DNA of 64,000 nucleotides, from the NCBI RefSeq assembly GCF_964204865.1, contig NC_135254.1, positions 5,208,001 to 5,272,000 on the forward strand. The letters are read 5' to 3'. Shown here in pieces: positions 1-10,192 of this stretch. Below the pieces are notes generated by a model, which saw only the letters and a program-made list of their open reading frames with translations, was not told where the DNA came from and did not search any database. A program made the translations under genes and the position numbers. The stretch is from Styela clava. Its lineage: Eukaryota. Positions within the stretch are counted from its first letter, which is position 1. Each line of letters begins with the position of its first letter.

Positions 1-3000
1 TCTTTGCATTCCCTAATAACTGAGGCAACTGTTGAAATGCTTCTGCATCCATGTAAGGATTCCCATCAATAGTCAATGAATCCAACTTGACACCATATTC
101 AATGAATGCTTGATCCATCACACATATTTTCTCTGCGTTCAGGTCACAGTCTTCCAGTGTGAAATTATTAGTCTTTGCATTCCCTAATAATTGAGGCAAC
201 TGTTGAAATGCTTCTGCATCCATGTAAGGATTCCCATCAATAGTCAATGAATCCAACTTGACACCATATTTAATGACTGCTTGATTCATATTACTTATTT
301 TCTCTGCGTTCAAGTCACAGCGTCTCAGTGTGAAATTATTAGTCTTTGCATTCCCTAATAATTGAGGCAACTGTTGAAATGCTTCTGCATCCATGTAAGG
401 ATTCCCATCAATAGTCAATGAATCCAACTTGACACCATATTCAATGAATGCTTGATTCATCTCACTTATTTTCTCTGCGTTCAAGTTACAGTGTCTCAGT
501 GCGAGATTATTAGTCTTTGCATTCCCTAATAACTGAGTCAATTGTTGAAATGCTTCTGCTTCCATGTAAGGATTCCCATCAATAGTGAGTGAATCCAACT
601 TGACACCATTTATAGTGACTGCTTGGTTCATCTTACTTATTTTCTCTGCATTCAGGTCACAGTCATATAGTGTGAGATTATCAGTCTTTGCATTCCCTAA
701 TAATTGAGGCAATTGTTGAAATGCTTCTTTATCCATGTAAGGATTCTTATCAATAGTCAATGAATCCAACTTGACACCATTTATAGTGACTGCTTGGTTC
801 ATCTTACTTATTTTCTCTGCATTCAGGTCACAGTCATATAGTGTGAGATTATCAGTCTTTGCATTCCCTAATAATTGAGGCAATTGTTGAAATGCTTCTT
901 TATCCATGTAAGGAGTCTTATCAATAGTCAATGAATCCAACTTGACACCATATTCAATGAATGCTTGATTCATCTCACTTATTTTCTCTGCGTTCAAGTT
1001 ACAGTATCTCAGTGCGAGATTATTAGTCTTTGCATTCCCTAATAACTGAGGCAATTGTTGAAATGCTTCTGCATCCATGTAAGGATTCCCATCAATAGTG
1101 AGTGAATTCAACTTGACACCATTTATAGTGACTGCTTGATTCATCTTACTTATTTTCTCTGCATTCAGGTCACAGTTATATAGTGTGAGATTATCAGTCT
1201 TTGCATTCCCTAATAATTGAGGCAATTGTTGAAATGCTTCTGCATCCATGTAAGGATTCCCATAAATAGTCAGTGAATTCAGCTTGACACCATATTCAAT
1301 GAATGCTTGATTAATCACACTTATTTTCTCTGAGTTCAGGTCACAGCAACTCAGAGTGAGATATTCAGTCTTTGCATTCCATGATAACTGAGGCAATTGT
1401 TGATATGCTTCTGCATCCATGTTAGATTTCATATTAATACCCAACCAATCCAACCTTACACCATATTCAATGACTGCTTGATTCATCTTACTTATTTTCT
1501 CTACATTCAGATCACAGTCATACAGTGTGAGAATATTAGTATTTGCATTCCCTAATAATTGAGGCAACTGTTGGAATGCATCTGCATCCATGTAAGGATT
1601 CCCATCAATAGTCAATGCATCCAATTTGACACCATATTCAATTACTGCTTGTTTCATCTTACTTATTTTCTCTGCGTTCAGGTCACAACATCTCAGTGTG
1701 AGATTATTAGTCTTTGCATTCCCCAATAATTGAGGCAACTGTTGATATGCTTTTGCATCCATGTTAGGATTTCCATCAATAGTCAATGAATCCAACTTGA
1801 CACCATATTTAATGACTGCTTGATTCATATTACTTATTTTCTCTGCGTTCAAGTCACAGCGTCTCAGTGTGAAATTATTAGTCTTTGCATTCCCTAATAA
1901 TTGAGGCAACTGTTGATATGCTTTTTCATCCATGTTAGGATTCCCATCAATAGTCAATGAATCCAACTTAACACCATATTTAATGACTGCTTGATTCATA
2001 TTACTTATTTTCTCTGCGTTCAAGTCACAGCGTCTCAGTGTGAAATTATTAGTCTTTGCATTCCACAATAACTGAGGCAACTGTTGAAATGCTTCTTTAT
2101 CCATGTAAGGATTCTCATCAATAGTCAATGAATTCAACTTGACACCATATTCAATGAATGCTTGATCCATCCTATTTATTTTCTCTGCGTTCAAGTCACA
2201 GTATCTCAGTGCGAGATTAGTAGTCTTTGCATTCCCTAATAACTGAGGCAACTGTTGAAATGCTTCTGCATCCATGTAAGGATTCCCATCAATAGTCAAT
2301 GAATCCAACTTGGCACCATATTCAATGACTGCTTGATTCATCTCACTTATTTTCTCTGCGTTCAAGTTGCAGTATCTCAGTGCGAGATTATCAGTCTTTG
2401 CATTCCACAATAACTGAGGCAACTGTTGAAATGCTTCTGCATCCATGTAAGGATTCCCATCAATAGTCAATGAATCCAACTTGGCACCATATTCAATGAC
2501 TGCTTGATTCATCTCACTTATTTTCTCTGCGTTCAAGTTGCAGTATCTCAGTGCGAGATTATCAGTCTTTGCATTCCCTAATAACAGAGGCAACTGTTGA
2601 AATGCTTCTGCATCCATGTAAGGATTCCCATCAATAGTCAATGAATCCAACTTGGCACCATATTCAATGACTGCTTGATTCATCTCACTTATTTTCTCTG
2701 CGTTCAAGTTGCAGTATCTCAGTGCGAGATTATTAGTCTTTGCATTCGATAATAATTGAGGCAATTGTTGAAATGCTTCTTCATCCATGTAAGGATTCCT
2801 ATCAATAGTGAGTGAATCCAACTTGACACCATATTCAATGAATGCTTGATCCATCTTACTTATTTTCGCTGCATTCAGGTCACAGTCATATAGTGTGAGA
2901 TGATCAGTCTTTGCATTCCCTAATAATTGAGGCAATTGTTGAAATGCTTCTGCATTCATGTAAGGATTCCCATCAATAGTCAGTGAATTCAACTTGACAC

Positions 3001-3930
3001 CATATTCAATGAATGCTTGATTAATCACACTTATTTTCTCTGAGTTCATGTCACAGCAACTCAGAGTGAGATATTCCGTCTTTGCATTCCATGATAACTG
3101 AGGCAATTGTTGAAATGCTTCTGCATCCATGTTAGATTTCATATAAATATTCAACCAATCCAACTTGACACCATATTCAATGACTGCTTGATTCATCTTA
3201 CTTATTTTCTCTACATTCAGATCACAGTCATACAGTGTGAGATTATTAGTATTTGCATTCCCTAATAAATGAGGCAACTGTTGGAATGCTTCTGCATCCA
3301 TGTAAGGATTCCCATCAATAGTCAATGCATCCAACTTGACACCATATTCAATTACTGCTTGTTTCATCTTACTTATTTTCTCTGCGTTCAGGTCACAACA
3401 TCTCAGTGTGAGATTATTAGTCTTTGCATTCCATAATAATTGAGGCAATTGTTGAAATGCTTCTTCATCCATGTAAGGATTCCCATCAATAGTCAATGCA
3501 TCCAACTTGACACCATAATCAATGAATGCTTGATCCATCTTATATATTTTCTTCGCGGTTAAGCCACATCCTACCAGTGTGAAATTATTAGTCTTTGCAT
3601 TCCACAATAACTGAGGCAACTGTTGAAATGCTTCTGCATCCATGTTGTGATTCCCATCAATAGTCAATGAATCCAACTTGACACCATATTCAATGACTGC
3701 TTGATTCATCTTACTTATTTTCTCTTCATTCAGATCACAGTCATGCAGTGTGAGATCTTCAGTCTTTGCATTCCATAATAATTGAGGCAATTGTTGAAAT
3801 GCTTCTGCATCCATATTCGCATCAATAACCAATGAATGCAACCTAACACCATACTCAATGACTGCTTGATTCATCTTAGTTATTTTCTCTGTGTTCAGGT
3901 GACAGTGTGTGAGTATAAGGCATTCTGGAC
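1..3930 (-). repeat. Coding tandem array of 171-bp units (57 aa = two RI-type LRRs): 22 full units plus 1 divergent, continuing past the left edge
   Basis: The unit-start motif tctttgcatt (or a 1-nt variant) recurs at 1, 172, 343 ... 3421, 3592, 3763, an exact 171-bp period. One unit translates as TNNFTLEDCDLNAEKICVMDQAFIEYGVKLDSLTIDGNPYMDAEAFQQLPQLLGNAK. Confidence 0.97.
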
Positions 3931-6283
3931 CACCATGATAAACCAATTCAATTAGATAATAATAACCAGGAGTTTCAAGTGCTGGACTTGTTATGAAAAG
4001 GTACCCAATCTTAAGGTTTCCCTGCACCACAGCTTCATTCAGGATTCGTAGATTCTCAGGGTCACAATTGATAAGATGCAGGGATTTTACCTGAATATTC
4101 TTTACGAAACCAAGAACATGTTGTAGGGAAGAATGATTTTCAGGATGCAATTCCAAATCGCTTAATTTCAATGTATGGAGTGAAGAACTATGCTCAACAA
4201 CAGACATTACTGCATGCTGTTCTACTGGTTGGACTATTCTCAAATGCATCTCTTCTATTTGTGAGCAAACTTTTTTAATAACATCAGAACCACATTCGTG
4301 TAATGACATCACGACCAGTATATCTGAAATCACTTTTCCGTCCAATAATTTATTTAAGTAACCCATCAGGTATTCAGACTTGCTATGCAAGTTATTAGGA
4401 AGATATTTTGCTACTTTTTCTGAAGTTGATTTGTTGAGAATAATTCCAAAAATATGTTTTATAACGACTTCCATTCCTGGTTTCTTATAATTATCCTCCA
4501 TAAACTTTTTAAATTCATCCAAATCAAGAGTGCAGGCATAAAGAGCAGCAAGTATCTCTTGTATACTCTCGTGAAGGAATCGGATTCTCATATCATCGTT
4601 ATCCGCAACATACTCAACAAATCGTGTGTCAGCATCCATCTCAACAAGACCACGCATGTCATTCATGTCCAACTTGAGTGATCTAATATAGCTTGCAGTG
4701 AAAACAAATAAATTTTCTTTCATTCCATGATAAGCCAACTCCATGAGTTTCAATAAAGGACTTTCGACAGTTCCTCCGTGACGAGATCCTGAAAAAAGTT
4801 TCAGAACAGAAACCATCAGATTCGTTAATGTGCCAATATCACTTTTCTCTGAATTTTTCAACACTCGAACCATGTAGAAAAAAAACATTGGGTTTGAAAC
4901 AAGACCAGGTGCCTCAAGTCTCAAATCAGAATACATTTTTCTTCCTTCAGGACTAAATAACTTTCCAGCAAGAAGTTCCAGTGTTTCATCCTCCCATCCC
5001 CCTAGGGTGAGATTTAAAGATGCTTTAAGATCTGGAGGCAACTTCCAATACATATTCCAACGAGTTGTTGACAAAATCTTCATACCGGAATAGATGTGGC
5101 CGGATAGAATATTGGCGAGAATAGTATTGGTTTCTGCTCGAGTGTCCATTCCAATTCTCTGATAACCTTTTTCAAATGGCTTCCTAATTTGGTCCAAGCC
5201 ATCAACTACAAGTAAGATATATTTTGAATTTTGCTCGAACCATTCTTGTCCAACTTTATGAAGGTGTTTTGGAAGTTTTGAGCCGAGTTGTTGAACGAAT
5301 AGAAGATCGAAAGCAGTTGATTGAGAATCACCTTGTAAATTAGAAACATCCACAAAATAGACCATCTTAATTTCGTCCGAGAAGTTCAATTTATTTTCCA
5401 GTGCTGACAATGCATATCTCATTGAAAATGTTGTTTTTCCAGAACCTGTGTCTCCCAACAACATCACACGTTTGACTGAGTTAACAGAATAAATCTTTGT
5501 AATATCCAGTGATTGCAAACTAGTCTGTTTGTTGGATTCCGATTCCTTGAACTCAGTCACCTTGGGAAGTATGAAATCATCCAATTTTGTTTTTTCTTTG
5601 GCAGTCTTTAATCTAGATTCCAACATATTCTTTGTATAACCTCTCACTACATCAATAAACTCTTTTGCCTCTGAACCTTCAGTAGGTTTTTTGAATGATT
5701 TCAGCATTCGGTCTCCGCCTTCCTGAATGATCTGCTCTTCCTCAACTTGATTTGCATCTTGAACATAAAGACGAACCACTTCTCTTATTCTTTCAATCAC
5801 TGCTACATCATTAGTATTCGGACTCTTAGAATGTCTCCATTTCCACAGTAATTTAAGGTTGCGTTCCTCCACTGAGGATCTATTATCTTCTGTGATAGTG
5901 TCAACTTCATGTTCAGTAAGAGACAATCCCTGCCCTGATCTCGCAAACTGCTTGAATTCCTCGGATGTAAATCGCCTAATAACATCTTGAAAAACATCTT
6001 CAAGTCTTCCAAGAGGTACGGCTTGTTGTTCAGCTGTATAAAATTGCGTTACAAGATTCTCCATTCTTTGTGCAGTTGCATTTGGTCTGTTTCTTTCAAC
6101 CCAAAGCCAAAACAATTCCTTTTTCTGTTCTTCAACAGAGAACCTGTGGTTTTCAATGACCGTAGTGACATCTTGCACACTGAGTGAAAGTCCTTTCCCA
6201 GATTGTGCAAAGGTTGTGAAATCTGAAGTTGAGGCAAATTGTCTCACACATCCTCTAATTACATCTTCTAGTCGGTCACTCAT
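1..6283 (-). CDS. NLR innate immune receptor (death-fold x2, NACHT, HD/WH, long LRR array); single coding exon, 3' end outside window, >2090 aa
   Basis: Hand translation from ATG at 6283 (MSDRLEDVIRG) is open to the repeat array, and the ORF track reports no stop in this frame. Walker A LLGDTGSGKTT ~5429-5461, Walker B ILLVVDGLDQ ~5190-5220, sensor-1 ILSTTR ~5060-5078, winged-helix FLHESIQEILAAL ~4541-4580, HD2 SLHEC ~4292-4307. A pyrimidine tract plus TAG acceptor lies at 6317-6340. Confidence 0.93.
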   Translation of the reverse strand, partial: MSDRLEDVIRGCVRQFASTSDFTTFAQSGKGLSLSVQDVTTVIENHRFSVEEQKKELFWLWVERNRPNATAQRMENLVTQFYTAEQQAVPLGRLEDVFQDVIRRFTSEEFKQFARSGQGLSLTEHEVDTITEDNRSSVEERNLKLLWKWRHSKSPNTNDVAVIERIREVVRLYVQDANQVEEEQIIQEGGDRMLKSFKKPTEGSEAKEFIDVVRGYTKNMLESRLKTAKEKTKLDDFILPKVTEFKESESNKQTSLQSLDITKIYSVNSVKRVMLLGDTGSGKTTFSMRYALSALENKLNFSDEIKMVYFVDVSNLQGDSQSTAFDLLFVQQLGSKLPKHLHKVGQEWFEQNSKYILLVVDGLDQIRKPFEKGYQRIGMDTRAETNTILANILSGHIYSGMKILSTTRWNMYWKLPPDLKASLNLTLGGWEDETLELLAGKLFSPEGRKMYSDLRLEAPGLVSNPMFFFYMVRVLKNSEKSDIGTLTNLMVSVLKLFSGSRHGGTVESPLLKLMELAYHGMKENLFVFTASYIRSLKLDMNDMRGLVEMDADTRFVEYVADNDDMRIRFLHESIQEILAALYACTLDLDEFKKFMEDNYKKPGMEVVIKHIFGIILNKSTSEKVAKYLPNNLHSKSEYLMGYLNKLLDGKVISDILVVMSLHECGSDVIKKVCSQIEEMHLRIVQPVEQHAVMSVVEHSSSLHTLKLSDLELHPENHSSLQHVLGFVKNIQVKSLHLINCDPENLRILNEAVVQGNLKIGYLFITSPALETPGYYYLIELVYHGGPECLILTHCHLNTEKITKMNQAVIEYGVRLHSLVIDANMDAEAFQQLPQLLWNAKTEDLTLHDCDLNEEKISKMNQAVIEYGVKLDSLTIDGNHNMDAEAFQQLPQLLWNAKTNNFTLVGCGLTAKKIYKMDQAFIDYGVKLDALTIDGNPYMDEEAFQQLPQLLWNAKTNNLTLRCCDLNAEKISKMKQAVIEYGVKLDALTIDGNPYMDAEAFQQLPHLLGNANTNNLTLYDCDLNVEKISKMNQAVIEYGVKLDWLNIYMKSNMDAEAFQQLPQLSWNAKTEYLTLSCCDMNSEKISVINQAFIEYGVKLNSLTIDGNPYMNAEAFQQLPQLLGNAKTDHLTLYDCDLNAAKISKMDQAFIEYGVKLDSLTIDRNPYMDEEAFQQLPQLLSNAKTNNLALRYCNLNAEKISEMNQAVIEYGAKLDSLTIDGNPYMDAEAFQQLPLLLGNAKTDNLALRYCNLNAEKISEMNQAVIEYGAKLDSLTIDGNPYMDAEAFQQLPQLLWNAKTDNLALRYCNLNAEKISEMNQAVIEYGAKLDSLTIDGNPYMDAEAFQQLPQLLGNAKTTNLALRYCDLNAEKINRMDQAFIEYGVKLNSLTIDENPYMDKEAFQQLPQLLWNAKTNNFTLRRCDLNAEKISNMNQAVIKYGVKLDSLTIDGNPNMDEKAYQQLPQLLGNAKTNNFTLRRCDLNAEKISNMNQAVIKYGVKLDSLTIDGNPNMDAKAYQQLPQLLGNAKTNNLTLRCCDLNAEKISKMKQAVIEYGVKLDALTIDGNPYMDADAFQQLPQLLGNANTNILTLYDCDLNVEKISKMNQAVIEYGVRLDWLGINMKSNMDAEAYQQLPQLSWNAKTEYLTLSCCDLNSEKISVINQAFIEYGVKLNSLTIYGNPYMDAEAFQQLPQLLGNAKTDNLTLYNCDLNAEKISKMNQAVTINGVKLNSLTIDGNPYMDAEAFQQLPQLLGNAKTNNLALRYCNLNAEKISEMNQAFIEYGVKLDSLTIDKTPYMDKEAFQQLPQLLGNAKTDNLTLYDCDLNAEKISKMNQAVTINGVKLDSLTIDKNPYMDKEAFQQLPQLLGNAKTDNLTLYDCDLNAEKISKMNQAVTINGVKLDSLTIDGNPYMEAEAFQQLTQLLGNAKTNNLALRHCNLNAEKISEMNQAFIEYGVKLDSLTIDGNPYMDAEAFQQLPQLLGNAKTNNFTLRRCDLNAEKISNMNQAVIKYGVKLDSLTIDGNPYMDAEAFQQLPQLLGNAKTNNFTLEDCDLNAEKICVMDQAFIEYGVKLDSLTIDGNPYMDAEAFQQLPQLLGNAK

Positions 6284-6648
6284 ATCTCCGATACTTGGAG
6301 ATACTACTATACTACACTATATAATTGGGGGAAGAAAAAAAACATGCAAAAGTGGAATTAAGGACTTTGCACAACCAATAGTTCATTTCAGGAATAAATA
6401 ATCTAAAGTGCCTGCAGTAAACCAATTTTGCGTATAGGTTTTGAGAAATTCGCATTTTTGCAATAGTCTGATTCTGACAGCCAAATATAAAAATGGACTA
6501 CCTAAAATCAAAACTAAAACAAGTACAGTTTTGACACCCAGACTAAAAGTTTGATCAGATGGTTGTCTCATTTGAAGAGTGGTACCTCTTTCAAGCGACC
6601 CCAAATTCATGTAAAATATATTTTGTGGAATCCCACAATCCAAGATTA

Positions 6649-6884
6649 GGTGCTCCCGAAGTATGCGAACCAAGATGGCGGACATCGGAACGTAACATGG
6701 GTAACAGGTTAGGGTTAGGCGATAATTTTTTTCCAATTTTCCTTATTTTAGTCCTATTATCAGTTCGAAGACTAGCCAAGAGCCTCCCGTAGTATTTATA
6801 CCTAAAATTATGGCCTAACCCTAACCTAGTACACATATTACATTCCGATGTCCGCCATCTTGGTTCGCATACTTCGGGAGCCCC
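6649..6884. mobile_element. MITE with ~75-bp TIRs containing TTAGGG motifs and an 8-bp TSD (hAT-like)
   Basis: Ends ggtgctcccgaagtatgcgaaccaagatggcggac ... gtccgccatcttggttcgcatacttcgggagcccc; TSD caagatta at 6641-6648 and 6885-6892. Confidence 0.9.
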
Positions 6885-7684
6885 CAAGATTATGCTATAG
6901 GGCTATAGCAGCTCTTTATGTATCAGTGGTTGATTGCACATAGCCTTGTTTAGGATAAAACAAAATTTTACCCTTGACCCCACCTTATTGAGCAATGCCC
7001 AACTAGTAGATTTCAGTTATGCAGAGTAATAGATATTTATAAATAACAGTGGTGCATGTACAGAGAAATCCTCACACAAAAAAAAGGCAGTTTCGATGAC
7101 CCAGCGACACCCAGGGTATTTGGGTTTTTAACTTTCCTATACTCTCGCGAGGTGCGGGTTGGCCACCCCGGCCTTAAATGAATATAACTTATCTTTGACC
7201 AAAAAAGGCCACAATACACAATACCATACAATACTGTACAACAAAAAAGAAATGAAAAAAATTTAGAAATAAAATATTTTTACAGGTTGTGAAATTTTAT
7301 AAGAATCAAGCTGTTCATTTCAAAATTGAATTAATTAATTGAAAATCCAACAAGCTAATAAGATTAATCACAGCTGACAGTATGTGCTTCATAGCTTGAT
7401 CAGCTGGTCGCCTCCTAAACCAGTAATTCCCAACCTCATTCAAGCAGCCCAAAATTTATATAAAATAAATTTGAGAAATCTCTGGCTCAAAGACTATACA
7501 ACATGTAGTCACATGGCCCCAAACTAGCGAGACGAAGAAACATGAATTTTTCATGAAACATATTTCGTGCAATCTCTCGTCCGATGAATATGCTATAGCA
7601 GCTCTAAGAAAGAAGCTAACTAAGAAATAATACTCGCCTACGGGTCGCGCTATTAGTTTTGTGTTAAAAAAGTTTAATTTAGAA

Positions 7685-8155
7685 TTGACTCGCACATAAG
7701 TCGCACTTAAAATCTAGGGATTTGTAAGGCCCTTTCCCTAGCTTTTTTGCATACGTTTGTTTTTTTTGTAGGGCTTAATATAATCAAAATAATATGTTAA
7801 TGACACCTATGAGCGATAATAAGTGCATGTACGCAAGCGCTACGGTATCACAATCACGTCATAGAGCTTGCCAAATATACATAAAATCACCCGAAATAGC
7901 ATCGGCGCAGACGATAAAAACCTTACTAGCGTCAGCGATCTCTCTCATATTGGGATCTTCGCGACGAGAAAACGAGATAGCCGTGCAGAAGACAAAGTGG
8001 TTTGGTCGCATGTGCGTGTGCGCTCATGAAACTCTCGCATCGGTATGTGTGTGCACGAGCGCATGCACCCTGTATGTCGAGCGTTAGGTCGCCCCTACGT
8101 ATTTTTTTTAAATATAAGGAAAAAATTTGCGACCTATAGGCGAGTATATACGGTA
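7685..8155. mobile_element. Degenerate Tc1/mariner (pogo/Tigger-like) non-autonomous element
   Basis: Right end cgacctataggcgagtatatacggta; decayed left end actcgcacataagtcgcac. Confidence 0.5.
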
Positions 8156-8623
8156 AATATTTTCAGTTTTCAAATAAGATTAAACTTGCCATTGTGTGAC
8201 TATATTCCATGAAGAGAGATTTATGTTTATTCGAACCTACCAAGCAGATTCAATAAAGATGACAATTGACAGTGCATATATGATTCTGCTTATCTCCTTC
8301 TAATTCTGTGGAATGTAACTATGTGCGGTAATCACTGTTGTATGGTTATTAAGATTAATGCACTGCACTGCATAACGATTCAAACGCTCCGCGAACTCAT
8401 TTGAGACCGCAGACTCGGGTCGGGAAACACTGTATTAAATATTCCCATACCCAACAGACTAGTAACCAGGTACAAATTTCATCGCCCAGTTCCATCTAAC
8501 TTAACTAAAAAGTCATAAAAAACATAGAATACTATAACAATATCATACAAATAAAATACAAGGGAACAATTGCAAAAATTAAAAATATAATTAAATCATT
8601 TGCACAGCTACATGAACAAGAAA

Positions 8624-8729
8624 GATATAAAAAACTGAACAGCCAATAATAAGAACTTGCAATCTCAAGTAATTTAAATATAAAAAACTGAACAGCCAAT
8701 AATAAGAACTTGCAATCTCAAGTAATTTA
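8624..8729. repeat. Two-copy ~53-bp tandem repeat
   Basis: atataaaaaactgaacagccaataataagaacttgcaatctcaagtaattta occurs twice. Confidence 0.85.
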
Positions 8730-9099
8730 GTTTTATCAAAATTTAAAGTGATTATTATTTGGAATCAGTTTTTTTTTCCAAAAATCAAAACATGTTATTT
8801 TCCAGCGGTTCCCGACCTCTTTTCCAAGCGACCCAAAAAGTTTCTCAAATAGCCTACTACCGTGGATTAGCAGCACAACATTCATATAAAATATATTTTG
8901 TGGAATGTTGCAGCCCAAATTTATGCTATAGTAGCTCATTCTGCATCACAAATGCTCATTCTGACATGCGCAAAGCTTCCACCAATCCAACTAAGAAATC
9001 AAATTGTACGCGGCGATGGTGTGGCTCATAGATTAAGAGGTCGTGGTCCACCATATAAGTAAGACGTCCTATGGACTTTTCTCCTAAAAATTCTATTGC

Positions 9100-10192
9100 T
9101 ATTCAGTCACATTTCATTGAACATTGTTCAGAGTATTAAATATACGGAGCACCAATTCTGTCCAGTCACACTTCATTGATCAATGTTCAGAGAGTACTAT
9201 CATTCAGCACTAAATAAAATATACCAAGCACCAATTATTCTGCCCAGTCACACTTCATTGATCACTGTTCAGAGTAATGTCATCAGCCAGTATTAAATAA
9301 AATATACCAAGCACCAATTATTCTACCCAGTCACACTTCATTGATCAGAGTAATGTCATCAGCCAGTATTAAATAAAATTTACCAAGCACCAATTATTCT
9401 GGCCAGACACACTTCATTGATCAATGTTCAGAGAGTACTATCATTCAGCACTAAATAAAATATACCAAGCACCAATTATTCTGCCCAGTCACACTTCATT
9501 GATCAATGTTCTGGGTAATGTCATCAGCCAGTATTAAATAAAATATACCAAGCACCAATTATTCTGTCCAGTCACACTTCATTGATCAATGTTCAGAGAG
9601 TACTATCATTCAGCACTAAATAAAATATACCAAGCACCAATTATTCTGCCCAGTCACACTTCATTGATCACTGTTCAGAGTAATGTCATCAGCCGGTATT
9701 AAATAAAATATACCAAGCACCAATTATTCTACCCAGTCACACTTCATTGATCAGAGTAATGTCATCAGCCAGTATTAAATAAAATTTACCAAGCACCAAT
9801 TATTCTGGCCAGACACACTTCATTGATCAATGTTCAGAGAGTACTATCATTCAGCACTAAATAAAATATACCAAGCACCAATTATTCTGCCCAGTCACAC
9901 TTCATTGATCAATGTTCTGGGTAATGTCATCAGCCAGTATTAAATAAAATATACCAAGCACCAAATATTCTGTCCAGTCACACTTCATTGATCAGAGTAA
10001 TGTCATCAGCCAGTATTAAATAAAATTTACCAAGCACCAATTATTCTGGCCAGTCACACTTCATTGATCACTGTTCAGAGTAATGTCATCAGCCAGTATT
10101 AAATAAAATATACCAAGCACCAATTATTCTGGCCAGTCACACTTCATTGATCACTGTTCAGAGAACTGTCAGTCAGCAAGTATTAAATAAAA
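9100..10192. repeat. Minisatellite, ~13 units of 76-83 bp with higher-order structure
   Basis: taaataaaat anchors at 9211, 9294, 9370, 9452, 9535, 9617, 9700, 9776, 9858, 9941, 10017, 10100, 10183. Confidence 0.95.

Noticed and set aside
4454-6401. Short ORFs listed over the NLR (4454, 5803, 5987, 6049, 6156)
   Set aside because: Antisense or off-frame shadows of the long minus-strand NLR frame.
6706-6830. TTAGGG runs as telomere or chromosome-fusion relics
   Set aside because: Only about two repeats long and always inside MITEs.
6383-6887. Opposing ORFs sharing GAPEVCEPRWRTSE
   Set aside because: Both are translations of the two arms of one MITE inverted repeat.
9100-10192. Possible CRISPR array
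   Set aside because: Units are contiguous with no unique spacers, there are no cas genes, and the context is eukaryotic; it is a minisatellite.
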